From: Macrostomum hystrix
Taxonomy: Eukaryota; Animalia; Platyhelminthes
Assembly (NCBI GenBank): GCA_950097015.1
Contig: CATNEN010000025.1
Location: 8,246,001-8,310,000, forward strand
Reading direction: 5' to 3'
Length of the DNA stretch: 64,000 nucleotides
The notes under the pieces are model-generated. The model was given only the letters and a program-made list of their open reading frames with translations, did no database searches and was not told where the DNA came from. Of the stretch, positions 50,803 to 64,000 are shown piece after piece (the first letter of the stretch is position 1; each line of letters starts with the position of its first letter). Position numbers and translations under genes: made by a program.

Positions 50803-53800
50803 TGTGGTCGCTGGACTATCCCTGAACTTTATGTCTCGTGATTTAATGCTCTCAAAGGCTGGTAACGAAAGCGCTGCCTTTTATCAATCAGTAATTCACC
50901 TTTAGTCCAATGAGCTCACGGCTTTCTCTTATCCCTCACGGCTTGCCTGATGCGAGAGGAGCGAAACAGACTCCTGGATTATTCAGTGCGACTCCCCCTG
51001 TCCCCAAGCTTGTCCCAACTCTCTCCTCCCCATCCTGTTTGTGTGTACACAGGGACACGATGCAAAGAAGTGTACGGGTGTGACCCTCTAGTTGGCAACC
51101 CCAAAACTGTACTCTTTCCACCAACAGGAGATCTGCATTGACAGTTTTTACGTTGGCTTAACTGCCACCCTGTCCCTCCAACTCCGGACCTCCTCCACCT
51201 TCCCTTGTTCCTCTTCGCCTGCATTCGTCTCTCAGTCTTTCATCTCTCGCTCTCGCTTTTCTCTCTTTATCTCGACCTTCTATCTTCAATTTCCTTGCTC
51301 ACACACGAAATAGCGGCGGTACCCGTTGGCCAAATTTCCCACAGTCCCCCGCCCCGCCCTGCCAACCTCTTGCAAAAAATTCCATTCCCTGTGCCTGCCC
51401 AGCCTTCCTCTGCTATCTTATCCCTAACATGCCCGCCTCTCATTTCTTATTATCGAGTTAACGAATCTCGAGGCTTGACCGCGCGGCTTACTAAATTGCA
51501 TTGGGAAAGGCTCTAGCCAGCGGGGGCGTTAGGCGGCTTGTTTGCGCAGGTGCTTGTGAGTGAGTGGCGCTTTTGCAGCTTAGCGCTTGTTTAAAGATAA
51601 GATTATCCCTAGTTCAATATAAAAAATATCGCAGAAGTATAGGATGAGTAGGTTGAATTTATCAGCATATTTCCTTCATATGCTCGAACTTTATTATGAG
51701 AAAAATATGAAGTAAATTCCCAGTTTAGAACCTCGAAACCCAAAAAATGCTCTGCTCAAATAAAGATTATATTTGTGATTTTACTATTCGTTTTTGAAAA
51801 GTTTCTTTTCTACTAGGCACTCGCAGTGCTTGCTAATCAACTCTAGGCGGTCATTGCCTTAATTCATCATGCGTCTACTATGGCTTTTGCAGTTCTCTAG
51901 AGTACTTATTGATTCTCATCATCAGCCTTCAACTTTTTCCCCGTCTACATGTGTTCTGTATTTCGCTCGACGCGCTACTTTCCATTTTGGAACCTTGAGT
52001 TGCAACACAAAAAAGAAGAGGCTAGAAGAAATTTAAGTAACGCGAAGACTGGACGCTACGAAGAGTGAGAGCGAGAACGAAGACAGAATCCTGCCCATCC
52101 ACTTCCATCCTCTTCTCTTCCTTGAGAGCGGCGCGACAGAGAGAGGTAGAGACTGTGTGTGAAGACGATGAGAATAGCTTAGTAAAAATGTGACGCATAA
52201 GGAATGGATTGGGAGAGAGCTGCGACCGATTTGGGGTAGTTTGGCCTGGTGGGAGTGTGTAGTCCTGCCCAGCCTCCGCGGTGTGTGCGCGTGTGTGCGT
52301 TGCGCGGCGCGTCTCATTGGAAAGAGAAGATGAGAAACGGATTGGTTGGCGGTTGACGATGATGCTAGGGACTAGACGCTGGAGCTTTGGGGCTTTAGAA
52401 GAGGACTGGGCTTAATAATGTAGCTCAGGAAGAAAAAAAGAGAAAAGCTTCATATAAGACTGGACTGGACTGGAATGCCCGGGGTGCTTGGTTGTGGCAG
52501 TGGCTACACTGCGATTTTTTGGAAGCATCTGTCAGAGAGAGAAAGAAACTGGGACGCTGTAGAGAACAGGAGAGGATAGGGGATTTAGTGAAGGGGAGTT
52601 TTTCTCTAATTACTGCTCTCCTCTCTATCCTCTAGTCCCCTAGCTCTCTAGATCCTCATCTCGTCCCTGTCCCTTTAGTGTGCTAAGTCCAGACCTGGCA
52701 AGCAGACAGGCAATGCCTTGTCGTCTTTCGTGCGGCCCACCATCTTTAAGCTTAATGTATAATGTGTGCTAAGCTTACATCTCTTTGTAGACTAAGAGAT
52801 CTGAAAAATTCACAGTAAATATGAGCTTGGTACTGCTATAACTATAGCTACTGTATGCACTGAGCGTGGGAACCAACATAAGCCGCAACTGATGCGTCCA
52901 ATCGCAGTGTTTGCCAGTCTCTAAACGAAGACACCAAAATCGACTTCGGCTATTGGGGTATCGCAAGTCGAAGTACTGGCAGCAGAAGCAGTACTCTGGA
53001 AATTTTCGATAAAGCGAAAGCAGCCCATCTATGAATTCTTAGTTCTTTTGCTAGGCAAAAAATAAAAGCGGCGTGGATCAATGTTAATTGTAGAGATATT
53101 CTCTGTTTTCTTCCTATCCCTCGTCCTTTGCTGTCTCTGTGACGCTCCGATGCAGAATGATGTTTTTTAGAAACTTAGTGGGATTTCAATCCCATATGAG
53201 CTGGATTGGGCAAGAGGTTTTCTACTCCGCATCGTGTCGTGTCCCCGCCTCTGCTCTGCCAGTCTTCCTACCCACTCGCACAGTGTAATTAGCTGTGCGA
53301 ATCTACTTGGCATGCATACATCGTGTGTGATACATACAATATTAGTGTAGATTTCAGTTCTAGTTCAACTAAGCCGCAGGGCTAAGAAACTTAACTCGAG
53401 TTGTTCTAATTGCCTAGCATTCTTCTTTACTTTCTTACTTACGAGCTAGATAATTTTGTTTAAAAAATCTGGTGAAAGAAAAATTACATATTAAAATTAT
53501 CTGTATTAACTTATCTTAAAATTTCTAAAGAAAATTAACCGAAAAATTAATCCGTTTTTTTTAATTATTTTCAGAATTTCGACTTGCCCGCCCTATCGCG
53601 ATTTAAATGCGACTTCAAGAATGTTCGATGCCTGCATTTCGACAAGCTTGTTTCAAACGTATTTAAAGTATTGTTTGTGCAGCATTTCTGTTAGACTTTA
53701 ATTATTTTAAATACAATCAAATTCCTAGTCCAAATCTACTTCACGCGATCCAAAGGACATTAGAATTAATAGTTGCTTATTTTTTCAGTTTTTTCTTTGG

Positions 53801-53979
53801 AAATAAAAATCATTAGATTTTTTTTAATTTTAAAGAAGTAATTAAACAGATAGCAGGGAAAATGTTTTCAAAATAGTTAATAAGAATCCGTGTGGGAACA
53901 TGTATTCGTGAGTAGATAATACCGAATTTACCTAACGTTACTTACGACTTAGTCCTAAAAGAGCAACAGTTAATAACCA

Positions 53980-56404
53980 TTGGCTGCTAAATTCGATCTG
54001 CAAAAACCTTCCAGCTGCCAACCTTCGGTTTCCCGCCCATCGCGGGCTTCCAGCCGCTGCAAGGTCGGCCCGGCCTGCCGCCGCATCACCTTCATCACCT
54101 GCATCATCACGGCCTCGGTCCGCCTAGTCTGCTACAGCCGCAGGCTGGCATCGCCGCCCAGGCTCCGCCAATGGTCAGCGGTGGTACAGGCGAGATCGAT
54201 AAGAAAGGCGAGCCATATTGTAAAGCAGTCTATGCTGTTGCCGAGCGCTACCTGAAGCACATGTCACCTGAGCAGCGGGAGGATATGCGTAAGCTCTTCA
54301 ATTCATGGAAGAACGCGCCTGATAAGCTGGACGTCAGTTTTATGTACAAGCTTCAGCGGCTGGCGCGCTGTCTACACTTTAAATCTATTTCGCAGTCGCA
54401 TCCAGACAGTTTGGTTCTCTCTGAAACAGTTGCTCTCAGATCAAAGCGGTATCGGGCCGCAATTAGCCGAGATTTTAAATCGAACTCAACGCATTGTGAG
54501 CATAGGCTGCGGCCCCGGCCCTTGTATTGCATCAATCTTGATAGCTTTGCGTGACTATGTCGGATTCACCAAGTATGTCAAATTGATTGGCATCGATCAG
54601 TTCATTGGCTGGGGTCCGTACGTGACCTCAATGAACAGTGTCGAAGAGGCCGGTGCCAGCAGTGTTGAATTCTGGCACGAGAGAGTGGAGGAGGCCACGA
54701 TAGACTCCCTGCCGAATGCGGATGTAGCGATTATGTCTTACACAGACGCGGCAATTCACACGCCAAAGTTCTGGGAGACAATGCGCATGAAGTTCGCCTT
54801 CATCTTGGTTCTGGACCAGCGGAAAGGCGCCCTGTCACGCGAACTGCAACGCCAAGGCTTCGGCCATTTCGAATACGAGTTCAAGGGTAGCAAACGCGTC
54901 TTCTATTACATAAATCCGTTTGGCGAATTCTTGAAATTGGCCCACGGCGCTGGCGGCTCCGGCGGCGGCGGCGCTCGTGACGGTCCAAGCGGCCGAGTCG
55001 GAGGCGAGCGCGGCGAATGCGACTCCGACTATGATGAGGACGACAATTCCTTCGAGTTTCGACTCTAACGATTCAGACGACTCTTCATCGACTTGCTCGT
55101 CATCGTCATCTTTATCTACTGATTCAGATTATTCGGCTTCACTGCAGGACGATGCCAATGTTGCGCGTGAAGTTCAACAACTCGTGACATTTCTGCTGGA
55201 TAAGACTGAAGAGTCGCTGCTTCTTGGCCTAGACGATTCTGTTCGACCGCACGCTGTAACGCCGGAAGAGATCGCTCTAGCCGCCGCGGTTGTACGTCGA
55301 GCTGAAGCGCACGATCGCACAGTTGATAAGAGAAGAGTTATTGAAAACACAATCGATGTGTCGCTAGAATTGGAGGCCATTATCACCAAGGAGCTAGTGG
55401 CCGCAGTTGAAAGCATGAACGCTGCAGCAGCTTCAGCCGAGAGCGGAGGCTCCAAAGCTAAGAGAAAAAAGGAGCGACAATCTAAGCGAAGTCGCCAGTC
55501 GAAGCCCGCTGAACTTGACGAGCTTACTGCCGTTCTGCGGCCTGATGAGACCTGGCGAAGAGATCAATGACGCAACTCTAACTGCGCAATCGCCAACCAC
55601 ATCGCCAAAGCTTAAAAAGTTGCCTACATTGACGACTCAAAATCGGCCGGCCCCGTCCACATTTGTTTCTGTGCCAATTACTCAGATTGCCGAGCTTCCG
55701 CAGGTGCGCCGGCATGGAGCAGGAGTTGGGCCTGCCGGCTGTGCCAAAGCGGCGTGTTGAGAATCTCAACTTGTCACGCAACCGTCACCGGGCGCACCTG
55801 TTGAACAAATCGCAACAAGATCAGCTAGTTAAAGCGCTGCTACTCGACATTGGCGAAGATCCAGACGATGTCACTGTTGCCGCCGCAGCCAAGGTACGCA
55901 ACGGCGATAGCGGCAGCAGCAGTAGCAGCGATGAAGAGGAAGAGAATGTCACTGAGTTGTGCGACGCTGATGTCGAAGAGAAGTACTTTCCTAAGGCTAG
56001 TCCCGCAGGTTCAGCAGTGGCTTCCACCGTCCCCGCAGCCGTCGTCTCGTCGCCTGTTGCTTCCTCGGCAGCAGCAACTTCCGCTGTCGCGATGCCGCTG
56101 AAGTCGATTGCGTCGACGCCGAGTCGACAACCGGTAGGAGGAGCCGTAGGCCAACCCGTCAAACTTGCTGGCGGAGGCGGCGAACGCGTCCTATCAGTGA
56201 AGATGCCGGAGTGGGCTCAGTCGCTGATTCACAACTGGGCGGGAGATTCTAGCACCGCCTCAGGGACTCTTGGAGCCTCTCGTCGCGAAGGAGCTGGCAA
56301 CAAGTCAGCCTGCGTCATCAATTTGACCGGCGGTGGCGGACCATTGATGCCGATCGGGGCCGCAGCTACCAGGCCGTCTGTGCCAGCTGGTAATGTGCCG
56401 CCGA

Positions 56405-56439
<35 letters not shown>

Positions 56440-57769
56440 TGGCCTGGTACCGTGCCTACAAATCTACAACAGCAAAATCGACCAGTGGCTCAATCAATGC
56501 CGGCTCAAGCTGCATACTCGTCACGGCCCGGCGGCCCAATCGGATCCGGCTATCAGCAGCATCCAGGCCAGCCGATGCCTTCGCCAGCCGGCTCCATGCC
56601 TCCACCTTTGCCGCTTCCGCAGTCAGCCACTTTTGTTCAGGGCTATGGTCAGCAGGCGACCCACATGCCAACTACGCAAGTTGGGGTTAGCGGCTACGTC
56701 GGGCCTCAACAACCGGCTGCTCAAAAGCCGTCATTAGCTTCCAGACGAATGACGGAGGACGAGCGCATCCTGGAGGAGGAGACGCAGAAATTCTTGGAGC
56801 GCATGGGCGTTTTGAAGTCGTCAACCGATGCAAATAAGGATCGAGATCGTGACTCGAATCAGCGCGGCCGGGACCGTCGAAATTTACCCGACCGCGAACG
56901 CTTTCGACACCGTCCTGTCGCATTCGGTAGACGCCGTTCACCCTCCCCACGCTCGTTGTCGTCATCGTCTAGGCGACGCTCGCCTCCGCGTTCGCCTCGG
57001 TCGCCGCCGCGTTCTCCGTCGAACTCGCCGCCGCCTCAGTCGCAGCGGTTGGCGCCCAGATCGCCGCCTTGTCGGTCGCCAGAGATCGCCGAAAAGGCGT
57101 CGACAATCGGAGCGGCAGCAGGAGCAGCCGCCGGCGACGACGCCCACGTCGCCGCAACCGCCGCCGGCGCCCCAGCCCCAGGCGTCGCCATCGCTCGGCA
57201 GGCAGTCGAGCATGGCATCGGTTGTATCATCGGTGTCGAAGCGTCGAGCAGATGCCAACAGCAGCGGTGGTGGCGGTGACGATGGCGGAAGCGGAAAGCT
57301 CCAAAGACTGTCAGATAAGGATAAAGACAAGATCAAAGAGAAGCCCCTAAAAGAGCGCCATCAGCAGAAAGAGAAAGAGAAGCTGAAACAGCAGGACAAG
57401 GAAAAACCTGTCGACAAAAACGTCCACAGCCGTCGAGACGAGAAAAAGAAGAAAAAGTGTCGAAGTAGCAACGATAAGAAGCCGTCGCACTGGCATCACA
57501 AGCGGCGCCGGTCAGCTTCATCTGGTTCTTCATCCGCATCTGGCGGCGTCGGAGGTGGAGGCGGCGAGAGGAGCAACTATGACGATTCCCGCTTGTCTCC
57601 GGGGCCTCGAGCTCTAGAGGATCTGGAGTTTGTTAGCGAAGACTCGGATCTGGAGCAGCTAAACTATGCTCACCAGGTGGCGGCTGAGGCCGCTGCTAAG
57701 AAGCAGCAGCAGCAACAGCAAGTTCCAAATGGATCCGGAGACAAAAAGCGAATCAAATTGAAACGTTAA
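53980..57769 (+). CDS. Class I SAM-dependent methyltransferase fused to acidic, Q/P-rich, RS and K-rich regions; ~1260 aa, single exon, 5-6 apparent indels
   Basis: GC-rich coding-like block. MTase motifs IVSIGCGPG, LIGIDQ..W and DVAIMSY. ORFs at 54171, 54430, 54977, 55515, 55663 and 56828 succeed each other by +1 shifts. Contains RRRSPSPRS..RSPPRSP repeats and ends KKRIKLKR*. Confidence 0.75.
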
Positions 57770-58916
57770 TACTATTGAAAACTTCTGTCTCGCATGCATT
57801 TATTGATGTCTTCAGATTCGTTTTGTAAGCAGGCAAAGTTATAAAAACTGACAAAAAACTAATTTACCAACCAAAGCGCTTTAGATTTACATTGTAATTT
57901 GTTTGACCTTCTCTGTTCCGTTTCCGTGTCCCTTTCAGGGTTTTATCTCACTAAAACCTGTTCGGCTAATATTCCGGTGCTTCATATTCGTCCCTAACCT
58001 GCCCGATGTTCTTCTTAGTTGGCAAGCGATTATAAAAAAGAAAAATTAAAAAAAGGTAGTGACAAAAAAACAATATATATTTTGCCTATTCAGCCTAGGA
58101 ATTTAGTGTTCATTAGTGTTTCTGATTCGCCACACTGTACATATTATTATATGCAGTGTTAAGCTTACCGCTTAACATCTGTGCGCTTAATCTTGTGGCA
58201 AATACTGCCTACAATTATTACATTAAAACCGCTAAATTTAAATTATTATAAACATTTCTTTTAACCTGTCATTCTCCTCTCAGATAAGATCTGATTGACT
58301 ACTATTAAGTAGTCTAATTAATCTCTCTCCTCACTTATGTAAAAGGATTTTGTTGGTATACGAAATTAGTGTCAGTCTTAGTTATAAGAAAATTACCTAG
58401 AAAGGCTTCATAGAAGGATTTTTTGTTCCCATCACATAGTGCGTATAGATTTATTTTCTTATGTCTTTGCACACTACTTATTTAGACAGCCGGTAAAGTA
58501 GTATCTATGGCACATTGTTTTGTTATCGCTGTTTTTTTTCTCATTTAATTATTAAATTTCTTTCGATTGATTAGCCCATGGGCGAGAAATCATGCTGTAT
58601 TTTTTCACACACCTGGTCTGATTATGTTTTCTTAGGAAAATTTTAATCTATATAGTAAGGTGTCTTTTGCAGTTAAAGCAAGAATGAATTAGCATCTGTG
58701 TTTTATCAGATTTCGTGTCAGACATAAGATATTGTCAAAGTGCGAAAGCAACTCACTGTTGCTAACAGTTAAAAGGTCGGAATATTATATTTAACGTGCT
58801 TTTTATGCTGTGAAGCGGCGATATAAAAAAGTGAAACTTTTAGAAAACTTTCTACTTGTTCATTTTAACAAAAGCTTTATACTCTTGTTATGTACCTGGT
58901 CCTTAGTGCAAGCAAA

Positions 58917-59783
58917 GGTGTGTCAGCTCCCTACTGATCCTTGATCCTTCTGTGTGTCAGCCCCCTACTGAGCCTTGATCCTTCAGTGTGTCAGCCCCCT
59001 ACTGAGCCTTGATCCTTCAGTGTGTCAGCTCCCTGCTGATTCTTGATCCTTCAGTGTGTCAGCTCCCTGCTGATTCTTGATCCTTCAGTGTGTCAGCTCC
59101 CTACTGATCCTTGATCCGTCAGTGTGTCAGCTCCCTGCTGATTCTTGATCCTTCAGTGTGTCAGCTCCCTACTGATCCTTGATCCTTCAGTGTGTCAGCT
59201 CCCTACTGAGCCTTGATCCTTCTGTGTGTCAGCCCCCTACTGATCCTTGATCCTTCAGTGTGTCAGCCCCCTACTGAGCCTTGATCCTTCAGTGTGTCAG
59301 CTCCCTGCTGATTCTTGATCCTTCAGTGTGTCAGCTCCCTACTGATCCTTGATCCGTCAGTGTGTCAGCTCCCTGCTGATTCTTAATCCTTCAGTGTGTC
59401 AGCTCCCTACTGATCCTTGATCCTTCAGTGTGCCAGCTCCCTACTGATCCTTGTTCCTTCAGTGTGTCAGCTCCCTACTTATCCTTGTTCCTGCAGTGTG
59501 CCAGCTCCCTGCTGATCCTTGTTCCTTCAGTGTGCCAGCTCCCTGCTGATTCTTGATCCTTCAGTGTGTCAGCCCCCTACTGAGCCTTGATCCTTCAGTG
59601 TGTCAGCTCCCTGCTGATTCTTGATCCTTCAGTGTGTCAGCTCCCTACTGATCCTTGATCCTTCAGTGTGCCAGCTCCCTACTGATCCTTGTTCCTTCAG
59701 TGTGTCAGCTCCCTACTGATCCTTGATCCTTCAGTGTGTCAGCTCCCTACTGATCCTTGTTCCTGCAGTGTGTCAGCCCCCTA
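58917..59783. repeat. 34 bp minisatellite, ~25 copies
   Basis: GTGTGTCAGCTCCCTACTGATCCTTGATCCTTCA. Confidence 0.97.
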
Positions 59784-60671
59784 GGAAGGAAAAAAAGTAA
59801 AAAAATTAAACACACAAATTAAATCTGGTTGCGCATTGGATGCAGTTTAAGTTGAGATTTGAGTATACAAAATCATCGCCTCAATCAGGACCTGCACTAA
59901 GTCCTGAGCTGACTTTTTAGATTTTTATTAATATATAGACTTTATTTACACTTTAAATTGGCGAAAATCTAAGAGTATGAGAAGGACACAGCCCGATAGC
60001 ACTACAGAGTTTGCAGAGAAAATGTGCATCATTTGTTTAAATAAACACTTTGAAACGGCTGCTAAAATATCATGGTAAAAAAAGACTACAGAAGCACTAC
60101 TGTGTGGGTAACAATGTTGGGAATTATCTGTGAAAATGAATGTAGAATGAGTAACAAAACAACAAAAAACAAGCCTTTGTGATGATGACTACCCAGTCTG
60201 AGGCAATGAAAGTTTGAGCAGTTTGTAAAGTAATTACACGCGCAAACCTTAAAGGATGCTAGAGTTATTGCAATATTAACTGTTAATTATAATGCTGTCT
60301 CCAACTCGAAGACTACCTCAAGGTAACAAGTCTACAAAATGAAGTTTAAGAAATGAACTAATTGTGCTATATACACACACATCTAAATAATGCACAGCTG
60401 CTTGCAGCATGGGACAGCTAGTTCGTATACAAATATGACTTTCGTATTGTTGCACACTGGATAGGAATTAAAAATGACACAATGCGCACGCTTGTCCGGC
60501 AATGCGCGACATCTGTTGACACGTGACGTAGAAAAGTGAAGGCCTCTTGCCAGCTTGTTAGGATTGCTAATTACTTACTCTATGCCCCACTCTCATAAAA
60601 CGTTTACCTAAAATATGAATGTACACACCAACAATCCAATAGGTACCAAGTTTTTACAATACAAACACAAC

Positions 60672-60975
60672 CCCAATGTACACTGGCAATCCCAATGTAC
60701 ACTGGCAATCCCAATGTACACTGGCAATCCCAATGTACACTGGCAATCCCAATCTCAATGTAGGCAATATCTACCCCAATGTGCACAGGCAATCCCAATC
60801 TCAATGTAGGCAATATCTACCCCAATGTACACAGGCAATCCCAATCTCAATGTAGGCAATATCTACCCCAATGTACACAGGCAATCCCAATCTCAATGTA
60901 GGCAATATCTACCTCAATGTACACAGGCAACCCCAATCTCAATGTAGGCAATATCTACCCCAATGTACACAGGCA
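60672..60975. repeat. 19 bp units expanding into 46 bp units
   Basis: CCCAATGTACACTGGCAAT x4, then CCCAATCTCAATGTAGGCAATATCTACCCCAATGTACACAGGCAAT x4-5. Confidence 0.92.
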
Positions 60976-62024
60976 AATATATATAAAGTATTCAGGCATC
61001 AAAAACCATAATTCCAAAGCAGATTACAGGCCTCAATTGTTGATAGTTAAAAAAGAAAAGCAATGGGTGTTTCTAAGAAACAAATACAGTGCGACTTCGC
61101 TAGGGAATGCTTCAGCGGACGGAATGAAGCCAGGACGGGCAAAAGTTCTAAAGAAAAAGTAACATGGAATGCAATCAGAAGTACATTGTAACATTGTAGT
61201 ATTTGGACGCAAATTGTTGACAAAAGAAGCAGTAAAAACAAATAAAGAAGTGAATTATCGCAGAAAAAAGTAAAACTTAAATAAATGAAATAAGCATGCT
61301 ATTTAGTCAAAGTAGACCTGCAGTAAAAGCACCACATTGGACGGTAGCAATTGAACATGCAAGCAAATGGCAATGGTGTGAGAAAGATAAGACAGGATGC
61401 CAATTGCAAAATTAAAAAAGTCATTTAGGAGCAAAGGTGAATATCTCTTAATAACTTCTCAATAAAAATGATTTTTATTACTACCCGAGTAATATGAAAA
61501 TTGCTTCAAATTAACGTGAAAGAAACTTGAGAAAGAAATAGAAAAAACAATATAAGCATATCGGCACTACTCGCAGTAGTGACGGGTACAAAAATTGACA
61601 GTCGTACTTGGGACGGATATAGAGCAACGCTTGCTTTGAGAAGCAACAGTTGAAATCATTACTGACAGTTGTAGTCTTTAACATAAATATAAAAGGATGC
61701 AAAGTCAACAAATACTACTCATATCAAAACATGAAGGGCAGGAATGATTCAAATTATATATCACATCTAAGTATGGAACTACAGAATGGAAGAAATTTGT
61801 TTTTCTAGATTTTGAGTAATATAAAACATCTATCTCTAAATTACTGAAAACAATAAATAAATCAAGTTGCCGACAAAGCAACAAGCGAAAATGGAATGAT
61901 CACTGATTATTTTACCAGATGCAAAAGAGACTCACAGGTAAGAAAAAAATTAAATTTACTTTCACAGATCCTAGCACTGCAGCCCTTAAATCCCTTGAAT
62001 AAGTGAATTTGGCTAAAAAAAAAT

Positions 62025-62792
62025 TCACAGCCAAGACGCTACTTCGCCCAGCAACTGGGCCGCCGAGCTGCCATTGAGAGTATTGAGGCCGCCACCGTTA
62101 AGAGACGACAAGTCTAACGGGGGCAGGCGACGGCCGCCTAATGCGCCACTGCCTATGCCACAGCCGACGGAGCCTGGACTATTGTCCGACAGACGGGGAT
62201 CTCGACCGCAGACAAAGCGACGCCTGATGGGCTTAGGAGGCCGGACTGACGCTTGGCTGGCGAGATGAAGAAAATAAGCACAGTGAGGGGATATTGTGCA
62301 CAGTGGGATATTGAGCACAGTGAGGGGATATTGAGCACAGTGGGAGATATTGAGCACAGTGAGGAGATATTGAGCACAGTGAGGGATATTGAGCACAGTG
62401 AAGGTTTTATTGAGCACAGTGAGGGCCGAGGGGATAATGAGCGCATTTAGAAGACAATGAGTACAATAAGGGGATTTTGAGCAAAATTACAGTGAGCACA
62501 ATAACAAGACCAACTCACCAACAATCGGAGTTGCCACCAGTATTCAGATGAGCGACCAACAGCCCGGAAGCTTGTCTGGCTGCCGTCACAGAGCCAGGGC
62601 TGCCAGCGGCACCGTTGCCTCGAACAGCTGCCACATCAAAGAGTCGACGAAGCGAATCTTCCGAGTCCATTGCGGAGCAGACGAAAATGGTGGCTTCGCT
62701 GGCTCCAGGTGTTGGCGATGATGTCGCTGTCGGCGACTTAGCAGTCGGTGACAGTTTGCCACAAGTGGCGAATGACTTCGACGAAGAGTGAC
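62025..62792 (-). CDS. Two in-phase coding exons of a partial gene, with a YAP/Yorkie-like TEAD-binding helix motif
   Basis: Exon 62792-62519 (acceptor CCCTTTTCTCAAAG, donor GTGAGT) and exon from 62256 (acceptor TTTTCTTCATCTCGCCAG) join in phase 2: ..IFVCSAMDSEDSLRRLFDVA..NSDCC|QASVRPPKPIRRRF..SWL*. Confidence 0.55.
62277..62425. repeat. ~20 bp intronic minisatellite, ~7 copies
   Basis: TGAGCACAGTGAGGGGATAT. Confidence 0.9.
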
Positions 62793-63429
62793 CTTTGAGA
62801 AAAGGGAAATGGTTGGGTCTCCAGTTAGAGAAAAATACTACCTCGTCCTCGTATATACAAAAATTACTAGTGAAGTGAAATACGAGATTATTAGGCTGAA
62901 CTCCCTAAAGTATTATTAGGAAGCTGAACATAAATAATCATTAACAGTAGAACAACCAAGGGGAGAAAATTTTTTGTGCTGCACTCGAACGGAGCAACGC
63001 AAGCACATTGTGTGCACACGTAACTCAAAAACACGGGCGAAGGTTTTGTTGCGCATCTTCTTATACAAGAATCAAGTCGCCAGCTCTTCAGACCGTCGAG
63101 ATATTCAATGGTTCTGGCTGGATTTGTCCCATAAGCGCTAATGTATTTCATACACTCCTATACACCAATTAGCACTGCGTCTAAGTGCTGCCTTGCCAGG
63201 CCTTCAAAATGAATCAGCATGTCTCCCGAATGTGCCTGCATCATCTCCGTCTTCGGTGGTCACCTACCTTTATCTAGACGGACTGCTGGACCTTCAATGG
63301 CTACAACAGGTGGAACTAGGACACTATGGAAACCCTGACACAAATATCTCCAATTTCACAGATCAAGTCTAAATACAAGGCACAGCTCAACCACAGTACA
63401 CCATCGCCTAGTCTGTCAACCTGATGAAC

Positions 63430-64000
63430 CTGAAGAATCATTAGGATAGGAAGCTGAACCTAAAGAATCATTAGGAAGCTGAACCTAGAGAATCATTAGG
63501 TAGCTGAGCCTAGAGAATCATTAGGATAGGAAGCTGAACCTATAGAATCATTAGGAAGCTGAACCTAGAGAATCATTAGGTAGCTGAGCCTAGAGAATCA
63601 TTAGGATAGGAAGCTGAACCTAAAGAATCATTAGGAAGCTGAACCTAGAGAATCATTAGGAAGCTGAACCTATAGAATCATTAGGAAGCTGAACCTAAAG
63701 AATCATTAGGAAGCTGAACCTAGAGAATCATTAGGAAGCTGAACCTATAGAATCATTAGGAAGCTGAACCTAAAGAATCATTAGGAAGCTGAACCTAGAG
63801 AATCATTAGGAAGCTGAACCTAGAGAATTATTAGGAAGCAGAACCTAAAGAATCATTAGGAAGCTGAGCCTAGAGAATCATTAGGAAGCTGAACCTAGAG
63901 AATCATTAGGAAGCTGAACCTATAGTTCATTAGGAAGCTGAACCTATAGAATCATTAGGAAGCTGAACCTAGAGAATCATTAGGAAGCTGAACCTATAGT
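63430..64000. repeat. 25 bp minisatellite (some 30 bp units), runs off window end
   Basis: GAATCATTAGGAAGCTGAACCTAGA. Confidence 0.97.

Noticed and set aside
55560-55620. Selenocysteine read-through of TGA at 55568 into a Cys-rich frame
   Set aside because: A TAA follows about 15 codons later in that frame; a +1 shift near 55540 gives a continuous plausible protein.
61938-61967. 30-nt plus-strand GT-AG mini-intron
   Set aside because: Good-looking signals but no coding context, and it lies next to a minus-strand gene; unsupported without transcripts.

Overview
Eukaryotic (animal) genomic DNA. GT-AG introns, CAG-rich GC3-high exons, minisatellite-filled introns and splice acceptors just upstream of start codons resemble the flatworm Macrostomum; the species is an inference. 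Genes reconstructed by hand: an LRR-Ig-TM receptor (+, 546-2628); a 5-exon drebrin-like/Abp1 gene (-, 27701-32420); SCOC/UNC-69 (-, 34239-34597); an intronless VWA+Cache (CACHD1/alpha2delta family) gene (-, 47155-50802); a ~1260-aa class I SAM-methyltransferase fused to Q/P-rich, RS and K-rich regions (+, 53980-57769); and two in-phase exons with a YAP/Yorkie-like motif (-, 62025-62792). About 20 minisatellite arrays, tRNA-derived SINEs, LINE relics, a decayed MULE transposase and a MULE-type MITE fill the rest. Four of the genes are split by single-base indels, almost all +1, most likely long-read consensus errors. Best leads: (1) two related 31-bp minisatellites in inverted orientation flanking one DBNL exon; (2) a ~10 kb CpG-depleted domain (36-46 kb) hiding a probable micro-exon kinase gene; (3) the MTase-RS fusion; (4) DBNL with an 11-fold amplified motif plus a DDW acidic motif; (5) the compositionally atypical intronless CACHD1-like gene. 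No prokaryotic system, CRISPR array or intact RNA gene was found. All counts and alignments were done by eye.
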